This document shows positions 40,587 through 57,753 of a stretch of DNA of 64,000 bases, piece after piece. Origin of the DNA: the human T2T-CHM13v2.0 reference genome, Homo sapiens. A program made the position numbers and the translations under genes. Below the pieces are notes generated by a model. That model was given only the letters and a program-made list of their open reading frames with translations. It did no database searches and was not told the origin of the DNA. The first letter of the stretch is position 1; every line of letters begins with the position of its first letter. The stretch is taken from NCBI RefSeq assembly GCF_009914755.1, contig NC_060927.1; one strand, given 5' to 3'.

Positions 40587-43500
40587 GCATTAATAAGAAA
40601 AAGATTACCATATCATTCTTTTAATTGAAAATTCCCCAATTTCCAAAAGAAGTAACTTGAAATTTAGCTTTTGTTAAACAACTCGAAAACTTGTTTACTG
40701 CACAAACAAAACTATCTGGGACCATTAAAAGTGTTTAACTAAAGGACTCCACAGTTTTCAAGCATCTCAAGTTATTTAGAGATATGTTAACTTATAATTA
40801 ATATTTTAAAAAACCATCTGTTTATGTACTTATTAAATATCTTCTTTAAAATTGATGAGGCAACATGTTCATCTCTTTATAATATAACCACAATATTTAG
40901 AAATTGCAACAAATTTTGACATGGGTTAACAAATTAATCTAACTTAATGGGAGTTTTCTATAGAACTAGAACAAGATATCAAAGTTTATGTCCTTATACC
41001 TCGCTTTCTAAATGTTTATAAACATAAAAAGGTTAATCTTTTTCTCTTTTTATTTTCCTCATCTTCTCTTTCTTTTCTCTTCTTTACAAGTCTGTAAATA
41101 AATGATCATTTATATAATCAGTATATTTTATCTTTATTTGGATGAATTTTGCCTTAAATAAAAAGCAAGTGATGTGAATTTATTCATCTTTTCCTTTCCA
41201 CTTGATAACCACTGGTCTGGTTCTCTGTGGCAGAAAGAGCTAAATATTAACTTGCCTTAATTTTAACATTGTGTCAGACAGAGTAGAATATATACTGCCT
41301 TTCATATATAAACATCTTTTAAGTCTCATATCCAAAGAAATACTTGCTTTTGGAAGGAATCTTTATGTAGATGGTCTTACACAAATTTATTAAAACCACA
41401 AACACTTTATATCACTAAGATATAAATCAGATAATGATGTCAATATGTTCATAAGAATACAAGCATAGTAAAATTATCAGTTTCCTTTATTCTTCCTTTC
41501 TGGAAAAAAAAAGAGATATTGACTGGGAGTTTTATAATGACCCAAAGTAAAGAAGGTCTCTGTGTGCCTCAAATTCGATATTTTAAGTTGAAGTCAGCTG
41601 TTAAGAATTACTGAATTATCCAGGGCAGAATCTGGGGTATGGCTCACATTACACTATGCTGGATATGAAAAGTTGAACACACAAGGGGTGAAAACTTTTC
41701 AGTGATTAAAAAGTCCTGTGGGATTGAATTTTTAGATTCCAGAGCAGCACATAAAGAGAAATGTTGCAGATTCTCGAGTTCTCATAGCAAATTGTGTCTA
41801 TAAATCGATGACGTGTTTCTGAGGAAACCTAACAGGATGGCTCTAAAGAGTATATATAAAATTTCTTTCAGTTCTCATGGGAATGAAAATTAAACCTTAT
41901 GGATGAAAACAAATACCTAACAAAGTTGAGAAACTGATCACATCTAGATTTCAAGCAGACTAGCAAATAGGGTGGACACAGTTGGCTATTTCACATATTT
42001 TCTCATTTGTTATCCTTTGAAACAAAATTTATTGATGCTTTCAGAATTAATTTTAATTAACCAAATGTGTTTCTTAAATATTCTAGGTATTCGTTAGAAT
42101 ACAATGACACTCATCAAGGGCTTCTCTGTATGAATATACCATGATTTCTTCAGCCTTATTACCTATATTTCAAATAATTCCTCTTCCATTTCATTTTTAT
42201 TCTCCTCTGAACCATTACTCCTTATAAATGCAACTGACATCTAGTGAAACACCATCAATTAGTGGTAACTTAGGATATGTAGACATTGTTGATTTAGCCA
42301 TGTTACCCCAAGATCAATATTAGAAAGAGATTCTGTTATTCACTCAAATATTCTTTTTTGATGTCAGAAGGAATAAATATTCATAAAACTTGTTGCAGAA
42401 TTTCCATATATTACTAAGGGATTTTATGTTTACCATGAAAATTGTTCAGAAGCCATGCTGCTAGATATAGTCGGCTCTTAATGTGCAAAAGTGTGTGAGG
42501 AAGTGTATTTGTATGTTTAACTTCAAGAGAAATAAATATCAGAAGTAAAATCTTGATTCTATTCTAAAAAAGTCATAAAAATGTGTGAAGTTATTCAAAG
42601 TAAATTGGACATATATATTTTTACATTACATTTTATGTTCTAATTTAGCTTTCAGTTGGAGTTTATTACGAACGGGAACTAAACATTTCTACAAATGTGT
42701 TCCTCACGATAGTTAGCTATCCCTTTGATGTCTTATTCTCAAAGAGGATAGTTCTTTTGAACACTTTACTTTGCAGAAATAAAAGTAGTTTTAAGTTTAA
42801 TTATCTCTCCATTGTCCTTTCATTATGATCCAAGAAAGATTTTTTTAAAAATTAGATTTAAACTCATCTGAAGCAAGAAAGTGCCATATAATAGCACTTT
42901 CTTAAACTTTACAGCTCTTAACTATTGTACGTCATGTTTCCAATAAAATAATTGAAGATGATATCAGTTACACACTGGAATCTAAACCAAAGCATGGGAC
43001 ATGTAAAACCAAGTTTAGTAGAGTCTCATCTCTGTTATAGTGATTTGTGGTATAGAACTGAAACAAGAACACATTTGGCACATGCTCCAGGAAGACTCAT
43101 ACTGACTGAGCAATTGAAGGAGCCTTTGAACTTATGAGTGGCTTCTTAGACAGTAGAACCTCGTGGTGGTGGTGACCTCCCTACAGTTATTGCAGAATGA
43201 TGAACTTTTGTCCATCTATGATTTGGTCTAAATTTCAAATTTTGCAGACAGTTAATCCCCTGATTCTCACACTGCCATCTTTATGTTTCACCATCAGCAC
43301 AAATTAGGAAGAGTAGCTGCTGAAAGCAAGACACACCCTTGATTTACAGAAATAAACTTATATAACCTGTCAGTATACTTCTCACTCAAAGGTGAAGTAA
43401 ACTTCTACCTGTATACTTGTTGATTTTGTAATTTTTTTCCTCATCTCACCATTCTTTATTTTCTCATCTCACTACTATAAACTGAATTCCTACAATGATT

Positions 43501-44359
43501 TTAAAATTCAGTCAAAAATAATCTATGAAACATTAAAACTGCAAGCAAAGTCCAATTTAAAAAAAAAAAAAAAACTCTCCCTAACATCGCATCTGGTACT
43601 AAATTAAATTCAAATGACTTTCTCAATATGACATGAGGCCATGAGTCAAATTCTACATTTCCAACTCTCAGCTCCAGACTGTAGCATTTCCTATGGCCAG
43701 GAAGAAAGACTCACAAGCACATGCCCAAATCAAGAGCAGAAAAGGCTGTATTCTCTAAGACCTGAATAAACACACACAGCAGCCTCCACATAGAGGCTGC
43801 TCCTTTCTCTCTATGCAGAAGAGAAGCATTCCTCTGTTAGCAGATAGAAAGCCAGCCTGACAGTTGAGAGTTTGTTGTGTGTGAAGACCCTACCACAAGG
43901 AAGAACGATGATTGAAGACTCATTTTTAGACAATGGCCCAGAAATAATGTACAGAAATAACTTTGTTCTGATGTTCTATATCTTTCGGTAAAGTTAAGGT
44001 GCAAAAGTTTCTAAAGAGAATTGGCTTTAATATCTATTTCAAAAAATAAAGGTAACTGCTCTACTTAGAGTTAGATTGGAGGTACTTTATTTCTTTCTTT
44101 TTATTTCACTGTGGAATCCAATTCTCAACTGTTTTCTGGGGAATGTATTTTCCCTACAGAAAGCCCTTACATTTTCCCTGAGAAATTCAGCGTTAAAGCT
44201 AAAGTGTTACGTAATTTTAGAATTGAATTGTCAACTTGAGTCATCTGTGGGTCAGGAGATTAGGGAGTATTGTACTGCCTTTCAGAGAAGAAAAGCTAGG
44301 CAGTAGAAATAGCCATGGCTTTAGAGTCAGATGGACATGGATTTAAAATTCTGTCTTGT

Positions 44360-44645
44360 GGCTGAGCGCTGTGGCTCACGCCTGTAATCCTAACACTTTG
44401 GGAGGCCGAGGTGGGCAGATCACGAGGTCAGGAGTTCAAGACCATCCTGGCCAACAGGTGAAACCCTGTCTCTACTAAAAATACAAAAATTAGCTGGACA
44501 TGGTGGCACATGCCTGTAATCCCAGCTACTCGGGAGACTGAGGCAGGAGAATTGCTTGAACCAGGACCCGGGAGGCAGAGGTTGCAGGTGACCCGAGATC
44601 GCGCCACTGTGCTCCAGCCTGGGCTACAAAGCAAGACTCCGTCTC

Positions 44646-44673
<28 letters not shown>
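44360..44673 (+). mobile_element. AluS (Sg/Sc-like) inserted in a MIR (~44300-44835)
   Basis: Dimer with GATCACGAGGTCAGG and a long A tail; MIR resumes with GTCTCAGTTTTCTCGTTTGTAAAATGAGG. Confidence 0.93.
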
Positions 44674-44677
<4 letters not shown>

Positions 44678-47600
44678 ATGTCTATTAAGGACAATGTGAT
44701 CTTAGGCAATTTTCTTAGCTTCAGTCTCAGTTTTCTCGTTTGTAAAATGAGGACAATAATAACTTCCTTTCAAGATTGCTATAATGATGGAATGAGATAC
44801 TTAATACATATAAATTATCTGATATATGGTAAATGCTCAATACATAACCATCATTACTTTGACATGGTTGTCTTTCTGACCTATAGACAATTTAAGTTAG
44901 ATTGATATTAATAACAAGTTACAACCAATCAGAGAAATATAAGAATTTCTTTCTGATCTAGGCTCTCAAAGGACTTCCATTTAGAAAGAGACTTCACAAG
45001 TACCCTAGGAAGTGCTAATGTTGGCAACTAAACTGCGACAAGAGATAAAGATTCGCCTCAATCTTTCTCCATAATCTTCACTGGGGATGTACGTCGCATC
45101 AGTGGTGTGCTGGTCAAATGGGATAATAGTTCAAAATGTGCTTTGTCAGCTCTAACATCACAAAAAATGTTAAATCGTCATTGACTTCTTATTCATATAA
45201 TTTCATAAGTCTATTATCACAAAAGTTCTAAATCATCATTGAATTACTCTTACCGTTTCAACAAATGTAATATACAAGAGCTTATAATCTTAAAAACTAA
45301 AAAGAATAATTTACAAGAAAGGATGAAATTGCCTACTCATTTAATGGGTAACACCAAAGGTCAAGTCATATCTTTATCTTCAAGCCAAAAACACAACTCG
45401 TATTTTTGCTTTTTTAATATAAGCACTCCATTCGTTTTGACTATTACTCATATATATAATTTTCTACTCTTCACTCTCATGACATTAAATATATTTCATA
45501 TGTATCTGCTGTTGTTATTAGAGTGTTACTCTATACCCCTTGTTGTAGACACAAAACACCCTAAAACTACACTAGAACTTAGTTTTTATCTTGTCATTCC
45601 AGTGGTTAACTACAATTCCTAGCTCTTGATCACCTGAATCAGTTATCTTTTTCTTTTCAACACAAAGTATTCAATTGTGTAATACTTCTTTTTAAACTTC
45701 AATATGTCATAACTGCTTACGAAAAAAAAATTCCAGACACTTTAGAATAGCCCAAAAGGCTATGACTCTTCACAGTCTGACTCTTCACAGCCTGACTCAC
45801 TCCTTTGACTTCCCTCCTTTGACATCCTCATGAGCCTTGGCAGAACAATCAGGTCCCAGAGTCTTCTCAGACATCACTCCCTACCCCGCCATTCCCTGCT
45901 GGGGACACGTCTTTCCTTATGGCTTCTCTCGCAATTTTTCATGGAGTAGAAGACACCAAATTAAATGCCATTGCTTCCATCACTGTTCTCACTCCTCTAA
46001 GAAGAAGGGATATGCTTGGGGGAAGTCAGTATTTTTTTAGTATAATCCCTTATACTTTCATTTATATAGCACTCGTCATACTTCCCTATTGCTTTCTCCT
46101 CTTTTTTTATTTTTCTGTTACTTGTGTGTCTGTTTCTTTCATTTGTAAAGTGAAATCTTGAATGACTAAGACAGCATCTTGTTCATCTTTGTATATCCAA
46201 GACTTGGAGATTTCTCTTCCACTTCCTCAACCGAATCTTAAAGATGTAAATATTTGAGAGGTATTGCCTCTACCTGAAAGTTGAAATGGTGGCATCTAAA
46301 AGCAATTATTAGTCCTATGTTGCAGAAACTTTTTTTTTTTTTGCAATCCCATAGAATGTTCTTTACGGGTCTATGCATATCAAATTAACAGTTATATTTT
46401 TGAATTATTTTCTCTTCTCAAAGCACTGATGCTGTGACAGAGAGTGGAAGATATAAGTAAAAACTGTAATTAAGCTAGCATAGTTTGGCTAAATTCTGCA
46501 AGGACAGATCTGCTTTTTCCAAAAGGAGATGCTCTGTGTGGGTTCATGTGGTTATCCCACACAGATAGCCCTTAATACTTTATTTTCCACAAATGGGAGG
46601 AAACAATGCTGTTAACCTCTCTGTGGTCTCTGAGCAGATGGCATACATGCCACCAGCCTCTGGACTGGGATTGGAAATGTGAAGCCCTATCATGGCCAAA
46701 TATTTGGCCACATATTCATGGCTATTGTGGTGGTGGAAATAAAGAAAGACATAATTTTGCTCTTAGTTCTTTATTCATATTAGTGACAGAAGTAAACAAC
46801 TCTGGCAGGTGAGACTATAGCATGACCAATTCCTCTTTCCCTTGGCTCTGTTTGGTAACACCCAAGGGAGGCAACATTCAGAGCACTGAGATCTTGGAAC
46901 ACTTTGGATTCACCTTATATCATTCCCCAGAATAATAAAAAAGGATGAAGGCTACTATTTATTAAGCATTTCTATTTTTGAAGCATCAGATATACACATA
47001 CATACAGGTCCCAGATATATATGTAAACACACACAATTTATTCATTCATTTGTTCATTCATTCAACAATATTTTGAGCAGATAAAATATTCTGGGTACTA
47101 GTCTACACATATACATACATACACACACACATATGTATATATAATGCAACCTCTCACACACATGAGTTTAATATTTATAACATTCTAACATGTCTTTATC
47201 CTTTTAAAAATGAAAAATTGAGATAAGAGAAGAAGCTGAGAGTCAGAAAGGTAAATATTCCGATGGCGGTCGCACAGCTGACAAAGATTAGACCCTGCTT
47301 TTAAACTTCTCCACGGCGCAAAAACCCTGGTTCCTTCTATTTCCTGAGATTAATAAATGAAGAGAATAATTTTGCTTTGTAATTTCCAAAAAAAAGTTAA
47401 ATATTATAAGTTGAGGGCACTGATGTTCTGAATCTAACAGATGATATCATATTTCTAAAATGTAATCCTGCAGAGAGTTTCAAGCATACATTTTCTGTTA
47501 TCAGTTTACCAAATTGAAACTTTCTATAAGTACAAAATGAGAAATGTGTCATAGACTCTTTAGGTAAATATGCATTAAGATAATTATTTTTATCTATGAT

Positions 47601-48877
47601 CTAATTTAGACGATAGATGATTCCTAAAATGAGCAAATCAACTCATATTTTACATGCACCAGGAAGCTGCTACTGAAATAAAATTCTATAATAAAATCTG
47701 AATTCTAAATAATTGCTTCTTAAAGCTCCATTTTACTGCCAAATGTCAATTTTTCCCCTCACTGGTTTTTCCCAAGCTCTTAATAAACAAATTCAGAAAA
47801 TAAAATTGTATTTTCACCATACCCTTAATTTTAACTTCATGATATAAAAACTGCCAAATGTAATTCTTTTACTCCTATCTTTTAATGTCTGCCCTTTTTT
47901 GAGACTATCATAAAAGGAATCCAAAAAATTACACTAATTTAACATTTTATAACAGATTTAAAGAAATTGCCTAATGCTCAAGAAGATTGTCAATAAGAAA
48001 CAGTAGATGCAATTCATCAAATGTTTCTAAGAAACCCATAATTGGAGGTTTGTGGATATTTAGCTTAATACAGTACAAAAAACAAGCCACATCAAATAAA
48101 AGGACCCTAATAAGTCAATTTAACACCAAATCACCAAATTCCATGTCCTCAAGTGGTCTGAAGTTTTATCCTTTATGAACTTGCTCTTCTCAGGCATAGA
48201 AGGCATACACAGATCTTAATGACTATTTTTAATTAAAAAAATTCTCTTTGGAAAATGATCCATCTGTTTATTGAAACAATCCTTTGGAAAGCCAACGAGG
48301 TCACTAAAGGTCAAAACCCATATCTAAGTTGGTTTAAGCTTAGGGTAATCTAAATAGTGTGTCAAATTGGACTACTAGATATATAGAATGACATCATATA
48401 GATTTTTTTTTAAAAAAACTCCTCTCAGATTCTGTATTTCTTGCAAACGACTGGTTTTAAGGGTAAGATTTAAGGGGAAAAATATTGGAATGCAAAAGTG
48501 CATTTAACGTTTGTTTATATTTCCACATCATTATGTTAGATTTAAGCTGTCAAACTAAGTTGATAACACATGTTAAGTATAGAAATGTATACAGCAACCA
48601 CCTACAGCTAAACTAGGCAAACAAAGAACTCTTGTCAGAGGGTTACAAATTCCAAAGTTAAATGCAAGGTAATATTTTCAGGGCAAGATTTGCTCTCTAT
48701 GTCTAATGGAATGATTCCTTTAAAATGCCTTGTATTTGTAAAACAGAGAAGAATGGATACATCTTGCTGTGGAATTCTGCACGATAATTCACCTACAAAA
48801 CTTGCTCTACAAATGTAATTATTATATGGCTGCATTAAAATTTACCTTGAGATATAGTACTTGGGGTAATAGTGTAT

Positions 48878-49109
48878 CAGGGGCGTCCAATCTTTTGGCT
48901 TCCCTGGGCCACATTGGAAGAAGCAGAATTGTCTTGGGTCACACAAAAAATACACTAACAGTAATGATAGTTGATGAGCTAAAAAAAAAAAAAAAATCGC
49001 AAAAAAAAATCTCATAATCTTTTAAGAAAGTATACAAATTTGTTTTAGCCTGCAGTTAAAGCCATTCTGGGCCATATATGGCCTGTGGGCTGTGGGGTGG
49101 ACAAGCTCA
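48878..49109 (+). mobile_element. MER30 (hAT-Charlie MITE)
   Basis: CAGGGGCGTCCAATCTTTTGGCTTCCCTGGGCCACATTGGAAGAAG...GATGAGCTAAAAAAA...TCGCAAAA...GGACAAGCT. Confidence 0.9.
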
Positions 49110-50834
49110 GTGTAGATGTTTTAAAAATGCTTAACTTTCCACTGCTTCATGTGGAGCAGGCAATTTGCACCTTACTATTTTTATTAAATAAATGAGTTAA
49201 AATAAAGGTCCTATCTAATATCATCTTATATCCATTCCTCGAAATATTTATCTCATTTAATTTAATAGCCAATGATAAAGTAGCTGCATTTATTATAGCA
49301 TTTATTACATGACCTACATTCTAGAAGATATAAAAGTATAATATCTGGTTCCTCCACAAAAATACTTATAATTTGCTTTCAGAGATAATTTACCAACCAA
49401 TAATGTGATAATAAATATAAGTGTCATGAAAGTACAGTGAGCTAGTTGAAAGTAGGGGCCTTACATTATTGCCTTTTGTTCAGTATCTATCTATGGGAGT
49501 TAGTATGGAAATTGGAGGAAGGGAGACTAAAACTTTATAGTGAAACACAGTCAGCTTTTTTTAAAAAAAAGTTAAATAACTTAACTAGAAAGTTTGACTA
49601 AATAGGCATATAGATAAAGAGACAGCTTTTTGACATTTTCTTTTTTTTAAAAAAAATTAATGGATACATAAGAGTTGTAATCAGACCCAGCCTTTAATCT
49701 AGAAGTTATTTGCCACTTGACCCAGGAAATAATTATATCTCAGTTTCCCCTTTTTTTGTTTGAAAATTGAGAATAGAAATACTCAAAGCATTGTATTAAA
49801 TAATAAATGAAACAAATTATTGCACCCCTGGCTGAAACATAAACAAATATTATTTCCCACTATGTTTGCCTGTTTCAGCATGTGATAGGAATTGGGCTGT
49901 CAGCAAAGAATAGTTCTTTGAAAGACCATGAAGCGCTATGGAAGAAATGATCTGATCCTTGAAATGAAAGAATGATGCCAAAATAAAAAATAAACCCCCT
50001 TAAAGTAAAATAAAATAAATAATAAAAATACTGAGTTAAAAGGAAAATTAGAATTACTATAAAGCAATCCATGAAGAGACTAACAATGAAACTAATTTTT
50101 AGATTCTCCTAATTTTCATGATAATAATGATAAAAATGCGAATGTATTTTTAGCACGAACACCAAATAATGAACTATACATTAAAGTTTTTCTTAAAAAA
50201 GCTAGTGAAAATAAAGAAGCTTAATGATTTGTTGTGTTAGCTTCAAAATTATCAAATTAACTCCACTTTATACAAAATTTTCCAGTTTAAACGTCTTGGT
50301 TTTAGTAAACCTTAATAATTATAGAGAAACATATGGAGATATATGGAGAGACGATATAGATCTATATAGAGATGATAGAGATATGAAATGCAATATAAAT
50401 AACACCATACAAAAATGACTAAACATGGAGAATTAACAATTGTTTAAAATTCTATACTTTAAAAATTGCTTTCTTGCATCATAAAATGTCACTTTTCAGC
50501 TATTGTGCATTAAAAAAATCCATTTTTAAGGAACTAGACGGTGCCCTACAAATATATCAACAAACCAACAATTTTATATAAGTTCTATCTATCCTAATCA
50601 ACTTGCCTTTGTGGTAAAATCAATACTTATTAAGCTTCTCCAATTTCTCCAAATAATTCTTAGTCAATATGGCAGGAACAAAAGCTTTCTCTAGTCTGGA
50701 GGTCCTTAATACTACACAAGAGATTCGTGAATTTTGATGAGGAAAAAGTTATTTTTTCACGAAACTCTAAAGTCATTATTTTCACTAAACTCTAACTTAA
50801 AGTCAGCATTTCTTCCATTATGAATGTAGGTTAT

Positions 50835-52516
50835 TGTGGTAGGTAGTCTCTAAGTTGGCCTTCCCTGATTCTCACCTCCTCGTATTTATGTCCTGTGTAA
50901 ATCCTCTCTTTTAGTTTAGACTTGTGTATAACAGAATAGAGTAAAAGGAATGGGATACTGCTTTTGAGATTAGGTTTCAAAAAGATTGTGGTTTCTGCCT
51001 TGAGTGTTCTCTCTTGCTCCTTCACTTGTTTACTCTGAGGGAAACCAGCCGCCATGTTGGGAGCTGCTCTATGGGGAGGCTGTCTTAACAAGGTATTGAT
51101 GTCTCTGGCAAACAGTCAGTGAGACCCTGAGGCCAGCTAATAGCCACCTGAGGGAGCTTGCAAAAGGGTCATCCCTCAGTCAAGTCTTAAGATGACTTCA
51201 GCCCCAGCCAACATCTTGAATGCAGCTTTGTGAGAGACCCGGAGTTAAAGGCACCCAGCTAAGCTGTACCCAGATTTCGAAGTGATAGGAAAATATATTA
51301 CACGGTAATGTAACATATATATAATAACTATATATAGTTTATTAAGTATTAACTAACATGATCACAAGGTCCCACAATAGGCTGTCTGCAAGCTGAGGAG
51401 CAAGGAGAGCCAGTACGAGTCTCAAAACTGAAGAACTTGGAGTCCAATGTTCAAGGGCAGGAAGCATCCAGCACGAGAGAAAGATGTGAAAATAAAGAAT
51501 TAGGAAGAATCAGGGAGGCTAGGTCTGTCTCTCCTTTTCACATTTTTCTGCCTGCATTATGTTCGCTGGCAGCTGATTAGATGGTGCCTACCCAGATTAT
51601 GGGTGGATCTGATTTCCCCAGCCCACTGACTCAAATGTTAAACTCTTTTGGCAACACCCACACAGACACACCCAGGATTAATACTTTGTACTTCTCAATC
51701 CAATCAACTTGACACTCAGTATTAACCATCACATAGGTTCTTTGAGATGATGTTTGTTATAAGCTTTTAATTATTGAATTATTGAGATTATTTGTTATGC
51801 AGCAATAGATAACTAATACAGAGTTCGGCATCTAGAAGGAGAGGCCCCCATGACAAGTACTGAAGGTATGCAACTCACTTTGGAAGTAGGCAGCATGTGG
51901 AGGCTGGAAGAATGGTGAGTATAATGGAAGACACATAAATTGCCTTGAACAGACTTAGAAATCTGGACGTTGAGGCTGCTGCTGGTGAAGGCTCAGGAGG
52001 AGGTGAGAGCCTGTAATTGAAAACTTTAGGAAGGGAAAATGTTTATTATGTAGTGGGAGAATGTAGCAACACTATTGCAGTAAGGTGGAAAGTAGAAAAT
52101 GTGCCTAATGAACTGGGTAATCTAGTTAAGGAGATTTCCAAGCAAAGTGTTAAAGGTACTGCTTGTTTTTTCTTGCTGCTTATAATAAAATGTGAGAGGA
52201 ATGAGATATATTGAAGGAAGGACTGTTAAAAAAAAAGTGCCAAGACTTTTGAAAATGCTCAGCTTCTACAGATGGCAAACGATGTTAAAATTCAGAAATG
52301 GCTTTGGAGTGCTGATCAGATCCAGGGCACTATAAGGAAAAGGTAGTCTGGAGATGAAGCTAAGGGCAGGACTGTCATCTTTTCGTGAATATCTTAAAAA
52401 GATCAAAGCAGTACCTGAATTCTTGGTCCACAGAATCTGTGAGATAATAAGTGCTTATTGTTTTAAATCACTACGTTTTGGGGTAATTTGTTACATAGCC
52501 ATACACATTTAGTATA
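50835..52516 (+). mobile_element. MLT1 (MaLR) LTR + internal fragment + partial second LTR
   Basis: TGTGGTAGG start; LTR end TTTGTTATGCAGCAATAGATAACTAATACA at 51820; MaLR-internal-like 51821-52410; second LTR end GGGGTAATTTGTTACATAGCCATA. Confidence 0.75.
51283..51733 (-). mobile_element. MLT2A (HERV-L) LTR, MLT2A1-like, 3'-truncated, nested in MLT1
   Basis: Minus strand begins TGTGATGGTTAATACTGAGTGTCAAGTTGATTGGATTGA; GGACCTTGTGATC and TTAATAAAC toward the other end. Confidence 0.88.
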
Positions 52517-53578
52517 GAATAAGCCACAGAGAATTAATAGTATGTCATGTGTCACTATAGAAAGTATGTCTCTCATCATATTTTATATGTTGCATCACTT
52601 TCCCATTCCTCCCGAAACCTTGAGCACATGGTAGACATTAAGCCCTACAAATGAGGACGTCCTAGAAGAAAGATGAGGAGACTGCAGTATGAAGCAACAG
52701 AGGCAGGGTAACCATGGTAATGAGACAAATGGTATATTCTGTCCCATGAGCAGAACTAAGAGAGTATTTATGTCTACTGCCAAAGGAAAGGCATATAGGC
52801 ATATATACTTTGACAACACTAGAAGCCTTGCCGTGGAAACTTCTGGAGTCTTTGGTCTATCCTGTAGCTAAATAGAAACAGCCTTATTTCTAAACATTAT
52901 CTTCACTTCTTGGTGTAACTGAAACCTGGGTCTTTTCTTAACCATATATGGTTACCTTGCAACCTTCCCAAGACACAGTTGTTTTTCACACTTTCAGTAT
53001 TGTTTAGCCTAAGCATTAAGTAGTTTTCTTCATGCTTCCAATTCATTCCAATTAAACCTCTGGCTTTGATGATCAGGTCTTTAAACTGTGCTGCTCACCA
53101 TGCCATCCCCATCCCGTGGCAGTCATCTACTGATCTCTGGTTATTTTTCCTTATGCTTTAGATTTTTAAACCTCAGTTCCAAGGCTAGTTTTGTTCATTC
53201 TCAATAATTGCAATACCCCCATAACATCAATTCAAGAATTTTCTTCCTTTACCAGCTTTTCATCTGGTAGCCTCCCCTTTTTCTCTAACAGGCATTTGCC
53301 GTAATGATTCTCTTGTACATCTAATTCTGTCTTGGCATGTGCTTCTCATGGAACCCCAAACTAACACAACTGGCATCCACGCAGCTGAGTGTGGTTGGAG
53401 AAGTATATATAACCATGTGCTGACTGCCATTATGTCAAATCCTTGACCACTAACTTAAATGGCTTATTCACTCTTTCGTATGAATAAAGTGTGCATTCCT
53501 CTCTCCTCATAGCTCCGCAATCTCTTCCCTCTATTGTCACACTATGATGATGATGATTTTTACTTCACTAAGAAAATA

Positions 53579-56517
<2,939 letters not shown>

Positions 56518-57600
56518 TGTTGCGGGAAGTCAGGGACCCTGAATGGAGGGACCAGCTGAAGCCATGGCAGAAGAACATAAGTTGTGAAGATTTCACAGAC
56601 ATTTATTAGTTCCCCAAATTAATACTTTCATAATTTCTTATGCCTGTCTTTACTGCAATCTCTGAACATAAATTGTGAAGATTTCATGGACACTGATCAC
56701 TTCCCCAATCAATACTCTTATACTTTCCTATTCCTGTCTTTACTTTAATCTCTTAATCCCATCATCTTCCTAAGCTGAGGATGTATGTTGCCTCAGGACC
56801 CTGTGATGAGTGCATTATCTGTACAAATTGTTTGTAAAACATATGTGTTTGAACAATATGAAATCTGGGCATCCTAAAAGAACAGGATAACAGCGATTTT
56901 CAGGGAACACGGGAGATAACCGTAAGGTCTGACTGCTTGTGGGGCCGGGCAGAACAGTGTTACATTTCTCTTCTTGCAAAAGCGAATAGAAGAAATATCA
57001 CTGAATTCTTTTTCTCAGCAAGTAATAGCCCTGGGAAAGGAATGCATTCCCAAGGGGAGGTCTCTAAAATGGCCGCTCTGGGAGTGTTTGTCTTATGCAG
57101 TTGAAAATAAGGGATGAAATACGCCCTCGTCTCCTGCAGCACCCCCAGGCTTGCTAGGATTGGGAAATTCCAGCCTGGTGAAATTTTAGTCAGACTGGTT
57201 GTCTGCTCTTGAACCCTGTTTCCTGTTAAGATGTTTATCAATGACAATGTGTGCTCAGCAGGACATGGACCTTCATCAGTAATTCTAGTTTCAGTCTGGC
57301 CATGTGATCTCACTCTGCCTCTCTGCCCGTGTGATATTTTATTGCCTTTGAAGTATGTGATCTCTGTGACCCACTCCCTATTTGTACACCCCTCCCCTTT
57401 TGAAACTCCTAATAGAAACTTGCTGGTTTTGCAGCTCAGGGGGAATCACAGAACCTGCCGACATGTGATGTCACCCCCAGAGACCCAGCTGTAAAATTTC
57501 TCTCTTTTGTGCTCTTTCTCTTTATTTCTCAGACTGGCCAACACTTAGGGAAAATAGAAAAGAACCTACATTGAAATAATGGGGGCTGGTTCCCCTGACA
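56518..57600 (+). mobile_element. MER11 5' LTR of a HERV-K(HML-8)/HERVK11 provirus
   Basis: TGTTGCGGGAAGTCAGGGACCC...GGGGGCTGGTTCCCCTGACA, 1083 bp with TG...CA ends; internal 90-bp tandem duplication (56574-56753). Confidence 0.93.
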
Positions 57601-57602
57601 TC

Positions 57603-57620
57603 TGGCACCCACATGGTCTT
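57603..57620 (+). other. Degenerate tRNA-Lys-type primer binding site
   Basis: TGGCACCCACATGG, 2 nt after the LTR, resembling TGGCGCCCAACGTGG. Confidence 0.7.
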
Positions 57621-57753
57621 TCTTTTTTCCCAAGTGCATGTGGGAACCCAATTCCCTTTGGTAGGTGTGGAGAAACATCATTGGTTCGGTCCACAGAAAC
57701 TTGTTCAACTCCCTGACAACTGATGAGTAGTCTGTGTATGGTCCGGGTTAACT

